Below, one piece after another: positions 1 through 7,584 of a stretch of 64,000 bases of DNA. The position numbers were made by a program, and so were the translations under genes. The notes under the pieces were generated by a model. The model saw only the letters and a list, made by a program, of their open reading frames with translations. It ran no database searches and was not told the origin of the DNA. Within the stretch, counting starts at the first letter, position 1. Each line of letters begins with the position of its first letter. This DNA is from an uncultured Verrucomicrobia subdivision 3 bacterium (GTDB taxonomy: Bacteria; Verrucomicrobiota; Verrucomicrobiia; Limisphaerales; UBA8199). The stretch spans positions 26,854 to 90,853 of the forward strand of contig CAIWMU010000213.1 in assembly GCA_903913865.1 (NCBI GenBank), read 5' to 3'.

Positions 1-2550
1 AACGGGGTCACGGTCACTCCGCAGGTCAAGACCAAGGTCGGGACTCAGACCACCGTGCGCTTCAGCCCGGATTCCGGACGGTCGAACCCCAACAATGATG
101 TTCGGCTGACCTACACCGACTCGCTGGGAGCATCTGTCACCAAACAGTGGGCTTTCACCATCATTACTGCGGGTGGATCTTCCACCCGGGTGGCGGGTCA
201 GTGGGACTTCAATCAGGGCAATCTGAACGCGACAGTGGGTCAGCCCCTTGCCTATGTTGATCCCTCCTATGACGGTCCTTCCGGCTCTGCTGCCGACAAG
301 ACCCAGTTCGGCACCTGCTCAAGCCTCGGCGCTCCCCTGATCAACGGACAGGATGCCGTGGTGATGCGTGTTCCGGGCGGTCTCGACCGCCGGTATGGCT
401 ACATCATGAACCATGGAATTTCCCCGAACGGCGGCGGCACCAAGGTGAACCAATACACCCTCATCATGGATGTGCTGGTTGAGAACACGGGAGCTTTTGC
501 GGCCTCGCTGCTGCAGATCGATACTCCGAACAACACCAGCGATGGCGACCTCTTCTGGCAGCAGGGGAATTTCGGTCAGGGTGGTGGTGGCTATAATGGA
601 TACGGCACCTTCAGCGCAGGCACATGGCACCGCATCGCGGCAGCCTATGACATGGCAGCCAACCCGCCGGTGGTGACCAAGTTTGTCGATGGCATCAAGC
701 AGGATGACTGGACCGCAAATCAAGGGCTGGATGCCGCACGCCGTGCCCTTCTGCCCACCGCCGTTCTGTTCGGCGATGGTGATCAGGACGAGCGCCGCAC
801 AATGTGGGTGAACAGCATTCAGATTCGCGAAGGCAAACTCTCCGACGCAGAAATGGTGGCCCTCGGTGGGGCTGAGGCCGCAGGAATTCCTTCCAGCCTG
901 CCGCAGAGCACCGTGACGGGTCAGTGGGACTTCGATGGTGGAGATCTCCGCGCATCCCTCGGAAAGCCGCTGGCTTATCTTGATCCCGCGTTTGACGGCC
1001 CTGCAGGCAGCGCCGCCAACAAGACCGAATTCGGCACCTGCAGTGGTTTGGGCGTGGCCCTCATCAACGGAGCGGATGCGAACGTGATGAAGGTTCCGGG
1101 TGATCTCGATCGCCGCATCGGCTACGTGATGACCCACGGGATCGCCCCGAACGGTGGCGGCACCAAGGTCAACCAGTTCACCCTGGTGATGGATGTGCTC
1201 GTGGAAAACACCGGGGCCTTTGCGGCTTCGTTGCTCCAGGTTGACACCACCAACAACACCAGCGATGGCGACCTCTTCTGGCAGCAGGGGAACTTCGGTC
1301 AGGGCGGTGGCGGGTATAATGGCTACGGCACCTTCAGCGCCGGGTCCTGGCACCGCGTTTGTGCCGCTTATGATATGGCCGCCAATCCCCCGGTCGTCAC
1401 CAAATACGTTGACGGCATCAAGCAGGATGATTGGACCGCCAACCAGGCCCTGGATGCTGCACGCCGGGCTCTGCTACCCACCGCCGTCCTCTTCGGGGAT
1501 GGGGATCAGGACGAGCGCCGCACGATGTGGGTGAACAGCATCCAGATCCGCGCCGGAAAGCTGTCGGATGCCGAAATGGTTTATCTGGGCGGACCTTCCG
1601 CGAGTGGAATTCCGGTGTTCCTTCCGAAGTCCAACATTGCCGGTCAGTGGGATTTTAATGATGGGGACCTGCGGGCCACCATCGGGAATGCGCTGACCTA
1701 CATTGATCCGACCTGGGACGGCCCCACAGGCTCAAGCGCAAACCTCTCCACCTTCGACACCGTTTCGAACTTCGGTCTGCCTGCCCTGGCAGGTGGCGAT
1801 GCGAAAGTGGTGAAAATTCCCGGTGATCTTGATCGCCGTTACGGGTATGTGATGAAGCATGGGATCTCTCCGAACGGTGGCGGCACCAAGGTGAACCAAT
1901 ACACCCTCATCATGGACATCTACGTGGAGAACAGCGGTGCCTTTGCGGCATCCCTCCTTCAGATCGACACCCCGGACAACACCTCGGATGGCGACCTCTT
2001 CTGGCAGCAGGGTAACTTCGGCCAGGGTGGTGGCGGTTACAACGGTCCGGGCACCTTCACTGCGGGTGCATGGCATCGTATCGCAGCCTCCTACAACATG
2101 GCTGCCAATCCGCCGGTCGTGACGAAATATGTGGATGGCATTTTCCAGGATGATTGGACCGCCAATCAGGCATTGGATGCCGCCCGCCGTGCTCTGCTGC
2201 CCACCGCCGTTCTCTTCGGTGATGGGGATCAGGATGAGCGCCGCACGATGTATGTGAACAGCATCCAGATCCGCTCCGGAGCGCTGTCCAAGGCTGAACT
2301 GGCCTCGCTGGGAACCCCCACGGCCTCTGGTATTCCTCTGGTCCTGACGGTGTCCGCTCCGCCGGTGGTCTCCGTCGGCAAGCTGGGCAACCAGTTGGTC
2401 TTCAGCTGGGCTCAGAGCGCAACGGGTTACACCCTGGAATCCACATCGAACCTCGTCTCGGGACCGTGGACTGCGGTTCCGGGTGTGGTGAACAACTCCA
2501 AGACCGTCACTGTCGGTTCTGGAATGCAGTTCTTCCGCCTGCGAAAGTAG
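1..2550 (+). CDS. Exported LamG / concanavalin-A-like lectin-fold repeat protein, truncated at the 5' end by the window edge. It has three tandem 241-aa modules plus a roughly 60-aa C-terminal beta module ending FFRLRK.
   Basis: Frame 1 is open from nt 1, so the GTG at 55 in the ORF track is probably internal. Each module repeats GQWDF..VPGxLDRRxGYxMxHGIxPNGGGTKVNQxT..SDGDLFWQQGNFGQGGGGYNG..WHR..VDGIxQDDW..LFGDGDQDERRTMxVNSIQIR, which I recognise as a LamG-type fold. The stop at 2548-2550 is followed by a hairpin terminator. Confidence 0.75.
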   Translation, partial: NGVTVTPQVKTKVGTQTTVRFSPDSGRSNPNNDVRLTYTDSLGASVTKQWAFTIITAGGSSTRVAGQWDFNQGNLNATVGQPLAYVDPSYDGPSGSAADKTQFGTCSSLGAPLINGQDAVVMRVPGGLDRRYGYIMNHGISPNGGGTKVNQYTLIMDVLVENTGAFAASLLQIDTPNNTSDGDLFWQQGNFGQGGGGYNGYGTFSAGTWHRIAAAYDMAANPPVVTKFVDGIKQDDWTANQGLDAARRALLPTAVLFGDGDQDERRTMWVNSIQIREGKLSDAEMVALGGAEAAGIPSSLPQSTVTGQWDFDGGDLRASLGKPLAYLDPAFDGPAGSAANKTEFGTCSGLGVALINGADANVMKVPGDLDRRIGYVMTHGIAPNGGGTKVNQFTLVMDVLVENTGAFAASLLQVDTTNNTSDGDLFWQQGNFGQGGGGYNGYGTFSAGSWHRVCAAYDMAANPPVVTKYVDGIKQDDWTANQALDAARRALLPTAVLFGDGDQDERRTMWVNSIQIRAGKLSDAEMVYLGGPSASGIPVFLPKSNIAGQWDFNDGDLRATIGNALTYIDPTWDGPTGSSANLSTFDTVSNFGLPALAGGDAKVVKIPGDLDRRYGYVMKHGISPNGGGTKVNQYTLIMDIYVENSGAFAASLLQIDTPDNTSDGDLFWQQGNFGQGGGGYNGPGTFTAGAWHRIAASYNMAANPPVVTKYVDGIFQDDWTANQALDAARRALLPTAVLFGDGDQDERRTMYVNSIQIRSGALSKAELASLGTPTASGIPLVLTVSAPPVVSVGKLGNQLVFSWAQSATGYTLESTSNLVSGPWTAVPGVVNNSKTVTVGSGMQFFRLRK
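196..2364 (+). repeat. Three in-frame tandem copies of a 723-bp (241-codon) unit: 196-918, 919-1641 and 1642-2364.
   Basis: The GGT CAG TGG GA(C/T) TT(C/T) (GQWDF) anchor recurs at 196, 919 and 1642, exactly 723 nt apart. By eye the protein copies are about four-fifths identical. The DNA copies are visibly diverged at synonymous sites. Confidence 0.9.
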
Positions 2551-2569
2551 GCTCTGGTCCGTCCTTCAA

Positions 2570-2601
2570 GGCCCGGCAGCTTCGGCTGCCGGGCCTTTTT
2601 T
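2570..2601 (+). terminator. Rho-independent terminator of the LamG repeat gene.
   Basis: ggcccggcagc / ttcg / gctgccgggcc forms an 11-bp perfect stem with a UUCG loop, followed by tttttt. Confidence 0.85.
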
Positions 2602-2750
2602 GAGTAAATCGGGATCCAGACAGAACGTGGAAGTCCGTCGACATCATTGCGTGGTGGGGTTCAACACGCTGTTTTGGTAGAGGAATCCGGCCGGCATCGG
2701 TTGTCAAAAATAAGAGGCTCGGAGCTGCGGAATGAAGATGGATGCTCGAA

Positions 2751-3983
2751 CTATCGCTGTGAGGGAGGGGTGAAGGTGCCCTCCCAGCGGGCCATGACGG
2801 CGGAGGCCAGGCAGTTGCCGACGAGGTTCACAGTTGTTCGCCCCATGTCCAGGAAGGCATCCACTCCAAGGATGACTGCGATACCCTCGAGAGGGAGGCC
2901 AAAGCTTGTGAGAGTGCCGGAAAGAATGACGAGGGATGCCCGGGGAACAGCTGCGACTCCCTTGCTTGTCAGCATGAGGGTGAGGACAATGGGCAGTTGC
3001 TGGGCCAGAGTGAGTTCAATCCCGGCTGCCTGGGCAACGAAAACGGATGCCAGAGCGAGATAGAGTGTTGATCCATCGAGGTTGAAGGCGTAACCGGCCG
3101 GTAGGACAAACGAGACGATCCGGCGGGGCACACCAAACTGCTCCATCAACCGGAATGCATCCGGCAGGGCGGCCTCGGAAGAGGCCGTGGAGAAAGCAAG
3201 CAGGGCAGGCTGGCGCACAGCACGGAAAAATCCGGCGACCGGGATGCGTGCCAGCAGCATCACGGGGATGAACACCAACACCACCAGGGCGAACAGGGCG
3301 CCGTAGAGAGTTAGAACGAGTTTCCCGAGGCTTAGGAGGATTCCGAGCCCGTTTTTCGCCACAGTCAGCGCCACTGCGCCGCCGACACCCACCGGGGCGA
3401 ATTTCATCACCAGGTTTGTGAATTTGAACATCACCTCCGAAAGTCCCTCGCAAAAACCCAGAATGGTCCGGCGGTTTGTCGGGCCGGTCTGGGCAAGGGC
3501 AACCCCGAACAGGATCGAGAACATGACCACCTGGAGGACGTCGTTCCGGGCGGCGGCATCGAAAAAGCTTTGGGGCATCAGGTGCTCCATCACCCCCTGG
3601 AAAGTGACCTTCGTGTCGGCCAGTTCACGGCCGGTTGCGCTGGTATTTGGCAGTTGGACACCATCACCGGGCCGCACCAGATTGACGGCACCCAACCCGA
3701 CGAACAGGGCCAGGGTGGTGACGATTTCGAAATAAATGAGAGACTTGAAGGCCAGTCTTCCCACGGACTTGATATCGTCCGCATGACTGGCGATGCCCAC
3801 CACCAGGGTGCTGAAAATGAGGGGCACCACGATGCACTTGACCAGACGGATGAACAGGTTGGAGAGCACACCACCGTGCAGGGCGATCTCCGGGAAGCGC
3901 CAGCCGCAGAAAATTCCCAGAGCCATGGAAATGAGAATCCACTGGCTCAGGCTTAAACGTCGGATGGCTGCAATCATGGGCAT
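2751..3983 (-). CDS. Dicarboxylate/amino acid:cation symporter (DAACS family, GltP/DctA-like).
   Basis: It is polytopic and has family-typical segments: PLIFSTLVVGIA, FFDAAARNDVLQVVMFSILFG, SSEAALP, GYAFNLDGSTLY and VLTLMLTSKGVAAVPRASLV. I place the start at the ATG-CCC-ATG at 3983 (MPMIAAIRRLSLSQWILISMALG), which matches GltP-like N-termini. The 116 extra upstream codons in the ORF track look non-coding. Confidence 0.85.
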   Translation of the reverse strand: MPMIAAIRRLSLSQWILISMALGIFCGWRFPEIALHGGVLSNLFIRLVKCIVVPLIFSTLVVGIASHADDIKSVGRLAFKSLIYFEIVTTLALFVGLGAVNLVRPGDGVQLPNTSATGRELADTKVTFQGVMEHLMPQSFFDAAARNDVLQVVMFSILFGVALAQTGPTNRRTILGFCEGLSEVMFKFTNLVMKFAPVGVGGAVALTVAKNGLGILLSLGKLVLTLYGALFALVVLVFIPVMLLARIPVAGFFRAVRQPALLAFSTASSEAALPDAFRLMEQFGVPRRIVSFVLPAGYAFNLDGSTLYLALASVFVAQAAGIELTLAQQLPIVLTLMLTSKGVAAVPRASLVILSGTLTSFGLPLEGIAVILGVDAFLDMGRTTVNLVGNCLASAVMARWEGTFTPPSQR

Positions 3984-4521
3984 CTGCCATGGATATTGCC
4001 CCGCAGATGTGTCCTGGGGCAAGCATACTCGCTGCAGGGGGGCATTAAAAGTTAGCATGGGCCCGGTGCGGCTCGAAGGGGAACCGCGAATGGATGTGGG
4101 TGGGTGGGAGGCACTCGTGTAGAGGCGTTGACCAATTTCCCGCGAGGGGGCACTGTTGAATCCGGCTGGGGCCGGTCTCAACAGAAGAGAACTGACCCCA
4201 TCGCCCCGGGGGAGGGGTTGTCCGCAGATGGGGTAGGCGGGCGATGGGTGGAGGGGTGGCTGGCATCCCGCTGGGATGCGTGGACAATTGGGGTCTATAC
4301 CGGTGGTGTCGTCGCGTTGCTCCTCAACCACCGGCTAACATCTGGGAACCCTTCGGGTTCAGGGGGCGGGCGGCGGCGACGTTGCGATTATTGGTGGGTG
4401 AACCAATGGCGTCCGGTTTTCTGGTTTGCTGAGGTGGCGGTATTCGCGGACCGGGGGGCGATGCCTTTGCTTGATCCGGCCTTACAAATAAAGGAAGCTG
4501 GGACCTTTGAAACCTGAACAA

Positions 4522-5655
4522 ATGAGCAACACGTTTGAAGTTATTTCCCTGTCCCGCAGCAGCCGGGATATTGACCGGTTCATGAAGGTTAGCTACGGCA
4601 TTTATGCCGGGGACCCCTACTGGGTGGCCCCCCTGCTGATGGATTTGAAAAAGGTTTTTCTGGATTCAAACCCGCTGTTCGAGCATGCGCGGATGCAACT
4701 GTGGGTGCTCCGGAAGGATGGTCGGGATGTGGGGCGGATCGCCGGGCTCTTCGACGATTTCCACAATCAATCCCGGCCGGACAAGACGGTATTCTTCGGC
4801 TTTTTCGAGTGTGTGGATGACATAAATGCCGCCCGCACCCTTTTTGATGCCGTTTCTGCATGGGGTCGGCAGCTGGGTGCGGCAAAGATGCTCGGGCCGA
4901 TGAATCCCACCACGAACGACGAGTGCGGACTTCTTGTGAAGGGGTTTGATTCCATGCCGGTGTTCATGATGCCCTACAACCCGTCCTATTATGTCGGGTT
5001 GATGGAAGGTTTGGGGTTCGTGAAGGCGAAGGACCTGCTCGCGTTCCACTTGAATCTGGATGTGGTGCCCCTGGCCCGCCTTTCGCGAATTGCCCAGAAG
5101 GTTCAACAGCGGCATCCCGAGGTCCTGTTTCGGGCTGTGAAGAAGAAGGAGTTGGACCAGGTGCTGGAGCGGATCAAGCAGGTTTACAACGATGCGTGGG
5201 AGGAGAACTGGGGGTTTGTGCCCATGACGGTGAAAGAGATGGATTTCATGGCGGAGCGGTTGAAGCCGATGATGGTGGAGGGGTTGCTCTGGCTGGCGGA
5301 GGTGGGTCCAAAAACCGTTGGTTTTCTCCTGACTCTGCCGGATTACAACCCGGTGATGCAACCGCTCAAGGGCAAACTCCTGACGCCTGCCATTTTCGGA
5401 TTCCTGCCCTACATGTTGCACTGGAAGAAGTTGCCGCGTGCGAGGGTGTTGACCCTGGGCATCACGAAGGAATACCGGAACAAGGGTCTGGAGTCGGCCA
5501 TGCTGATCGAGGGCATGAAGGTTGCCGTTGCCTCCGGTCTGCGCGAGGCTGAAGCCTCATGGATTTTGGAGGACAACCACCGGATGACCCGTGTGATGGA
5601 GGCCATCGGCGGCAATCCCTACAAGGTTTACCGGCTCTACGATCGGGCGGTCTGA
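4522..5655 (+). CDS. Large (about 377 aa) GNAT-fold acyltransferase-like protein. It is a candidate bacterial ceramide synthase (bCerS-type), but that assignment is unproven.
   Basis: Segments seen include DPYWVAPLLMDLKKVF..NPLFEHA, GRIAGLFDDFHN, FFGFFECVDD, GPMNPTTNDECGLLVKGFD, MPYNPSYY, and a C-terminal GNAT core ITKEYRNKGLESAMLIEG. The ATG at 4522 is preferred over the TTG at 4507. Confidence 0.7.
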   Translation: MSNTFEVISLSRSSRDIDRFMKVSYGIYAGDPYWVAPLLMDLKKVFLDSNPLFEHARMQLWVLRKDGRDVGRIAGLFDDFHNQSRPDKTVFFGFFECVDDINAARTLFDAVSAWGRQLGAAKMLGPMNPTTNDECGLLVKGFDSMPVFMMPYNPSYYVGLMEGLGFVKAKDLLAFHLNLDVVPLARLSRIAQKVQQRHPEVLFRAVKKKELDQVLERIKQVYNDAWEENWGFVPMTVKEMDFMAERLKPMMVEGLLWLAEVGPKTVGFLLTLPDYNPVMQPLKGKLLTPAIFGFLPYMLHWKKLPRARVLTLGITKEYRNKGLESAMLIEGMKVAVASGLREAEASWILEDNHRMTRVMEAIGGNPYKVYRLYDRAV

Positions 5656-6662
5656 TCCCGGTCAGCAGCACCCGAGGGTGGTTGCACTTCATTCTCACGG
5701 GGCCCGATGGAACTGAAATAAAGTTTGTTCGCGAGCGGGATCAGGAGAGCCGCGGTGAGCAATCCTGCGACAACATCCAGAATGTAGTGGTAGCGGCAGT
5801 AAACCGTGGAAATCGTGAGAAGAACCGCCACGAACGCATGCGCGTAGCGGATGCGCGGGATGTAGCGAAAGGAGAAATAGACGGTGGTCCACGCGATTGC
5901 GACATGGCTGCTGGGAAAGGCGGCCCCCGGACCATCCACCATCCGGTAAAGCCAGGCAATGATCTGATGGAACGGCCCCTGCCTGAGCGCTTCCGGAATC
6001 AGATGCTGTCCATAGGCCTGAAACTCAGGTGGCAGAACCTGTCGCTCGAAAGGATTGAAAAAAAGCGGCGGGCCGACGATCGGGAAAAAGACATAGAGCA
6101 GGTAGCAAATGTAGAAAACGAAGGAGACGACCGAGACATAGTGAAAGAAGGAGTCCCGGCTGCGGTAGAGCAGGTAGATTCCCACTCCTCCGATCGTCAG
6201 ATAGTAGGAGAAGTAGCTCGCGTAAAGAATCTCGCTCAGGAGCAGGTTGGGAAATTTTTCCATCAAAACCACCGACGGCTGGCAGCCGAAGATCTGGTTT
6301 TCGAGCCGTATGAACGGCTCATCAATATAATTGAGGAAGAACATCCGGTTGATCCATCCCGTTTCGGCGAAGAACCAGATGAACAGGAGGACCGGATAAA
6401 AGTGGCGGAGGAATCCGAGAATCGGGTTGCTCCAGCGGGCATTCGAAAGGATCAGTGCGTGGATGCCGAGGCCCAGGGCGACGTGGATTGCGATCAGCCT
6501 TGCCCAGCCGGGAACTGTGTGGTTGTGAAAGCAGAGCAGCAGCAGGGCCACGATGAGGCTGTATCCCTGAGTCGCGTAATCGACGAAGGTGTAGTGGCGG
6601 GAGAAGCTAGATCCACCCATGCTTTTCATACCAGATGATGGTTTCACGAATGCCATCCTCAA
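5637..6662 (-). CDS. PAP2-superfamily integral membrane protein, PAP2_3 / AUR1-like (inositol-phosphorylceramide or sphingomyelin synthase-like).
   Basis: It has multiple TM helices. The phosphatase-family motifs are AFPSSHVAIAW (the PSxH motif) and CRYHYILDVVAGLL (the HxxxD motif). The start is ambiguous (Met at 6662, 6656, 6629 or 6620), and every option overlaps the end of the upstream gene. Confidence 0.75.
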   Translation of the reverse strand: MRMAFVKPSSGMKSMGGSSFSRHYTFVDYATQGYSLIVALLLLCFHNHTVPGWARLIAIHVALGLGIHALILSNARWSNPILGFLRHFYPVLLFIWFFAETGWINRMFFLNYIDEPFIRLENQIFGCQPSVVLMEKFPNLLLSEILYASYFSYYLTIGGVGIYLLYRSRDSFFHYVSVVSFVFYICYLLYVFFPIVGPPLFFNPFERQVLPPEFQAYGQHLIPEALRQGPFHQIIAWLYRMVDGPGAAFPSSHVAIAWTTVYFSFRYIPRIRYAHAFVAVLLTISTVYCRYHYILDVVAGLLTAALLIPLANKLYFSSIGPRENEVQPPSGAADRDQTARS

Positions 6663-7584
6663 GCCGGGTCCGGCAGCCGATTCCCAGGTCGGCAGTCAGC
6701 TGTGCCGGGTCACAGACCCAGCCGGGTGCCTGCAATTCCGGGAATTTGGCCAGGCTCAGGATGTCCGGGGTGCCGGTGATGGCTGTTTGGATTGATTTCA
6801 GCAGGCAGATGGGCCAGAAAGCGAGGGTTGGGAGGGGCAGGGGAATGGTCCAGACCTTCATCTCTGCGGCGATCATACCCGCCAGTTTGCGGCTGGAGAC
6901 AATCTCACTGCCTGCTGCAAAGTAGGTTTTTCCAACTGCAGCGGGGTGGTTCAATGAATGAACTGCCGCCTCGGCGAGATCCTTGACGTGAACCAGTGAC
7001 AGTTGCTGTGAATCGCTTGGGCAGGGACGCAAGTGCTTCCGGACCGATGCGAACAGGGGGAGGAATCCCCGGTCCCGGGGCCCGTAAACAGCGGGAGGCC
7101 GGATGATGGTGAATGGGGAACGGCAAAGGGTGCGAACTTCCTCCTCCGCAGCGAGCTTGCTGCGGCCGTAGTGGGAGACCGGGGACGGGGGATCTGATTC
7201 CCGGGCGGGCTTCTGCGGCGTGCCGGGCCCTGCCGCCGCAAGGCTGGAAATCAGCAGAAACCGGGCAATGTTCCCCTGCGCATTGGCAGCCTGGACGAGA
7301 TGGCGCGTGACCATCTGGTTGATGGTGTAAAAGTCCTTAACCTTTCGCGCCTTGGTGGCTCCCGCGCAATGGATGACATGCGTCACCCCTTTCAGGAGTG
7401 AGGGGAGGGTATCCGGGTCGGAAATGCTGCCTTCCCGCACCTCCATCAGAGGGTTGGTCGCATCCAGAAAGCTACGGTCACTATTGCGTCGTAACGGGGC
7501 GACTACCTGGATGCCCCTGCTGCAGAGACTGTCCAGAATATGGCTCCCAACGAATCCGCTGGCTCCTGTCAGCAGGACTTTCAA
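6607..7584 (-). CDS. NAD(P)-dependent epimerase/dehydratase-family SDR (CerR-like reductase candidate).
   Basis: The N-terminal Rossmann motif is KVLLTGASGFVGSHI. An extended-SDR YxxxK-type segment is HYGRSKLAAE. The TTG start at 7584 directly abuts the TGA of the upstream gene at 7585-7587. Confidence 0.8.
   Translation of the reverse strand: MKVLLTGASGFVGSHILDSLCSRGIQVVAPLRRNSDRSFLDATNPLMEVREGSISDPDTLPSLLKGVTHVIHCAGATKARKVKDFYTINQMVTRHLVQAANAQGNIARFLLISSLAAAGPGTPQKPARESDPPSPVSHYGRSKLAAEEEVRTLCRSPFTIIRPPAVYGPRDRGFLPLFASVRKHLRPCPSDSQQLSLVHVKDLAEAAVHSLNHPAAVGKTYFAAGSEIVSSRKLAGMIAAEMKVWTIPLPLPTLAFWPICLLKSIQTAITGTPDILSLAKFPELQAPGWVCDPAQLTADLGIGCRTRLEDGIRETIIWYEKHGWI

Noticed and set aside
319-1353. 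A 344-aa ORF antisense to the LamG repeat gene, with several smaller ones (470-676, 1193-1534, 1732-2076).
   Set aside because: These are shadow ORFs typical of high-GC coding DNA. The translations are Arg/Gly/His-rich with no motif, lie fully inside a strongly supported gene, and repeat with the same 723-bp period only because the sense gene does.
196-2364. Could the LamG tandem array be a diversity-generating retroelement target or a phase-variable cassette system?
   Set aside because: No reverse transcriptase, template repeat, invertase or recombinase gene is present in the window. Differences between copies are not confined to adenine-templated positions.
3984-4331. A 116-codon N-terminal extension of the symporter ORF (ORF track 2751-4331).
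   Set aside because: The extension is Pro/Ser/Arg-rich with no TM segment. The internal MPMIAAIRRLSLSQWILISMALG matches the normal N-terminus of GltP/DctA-type carriers.
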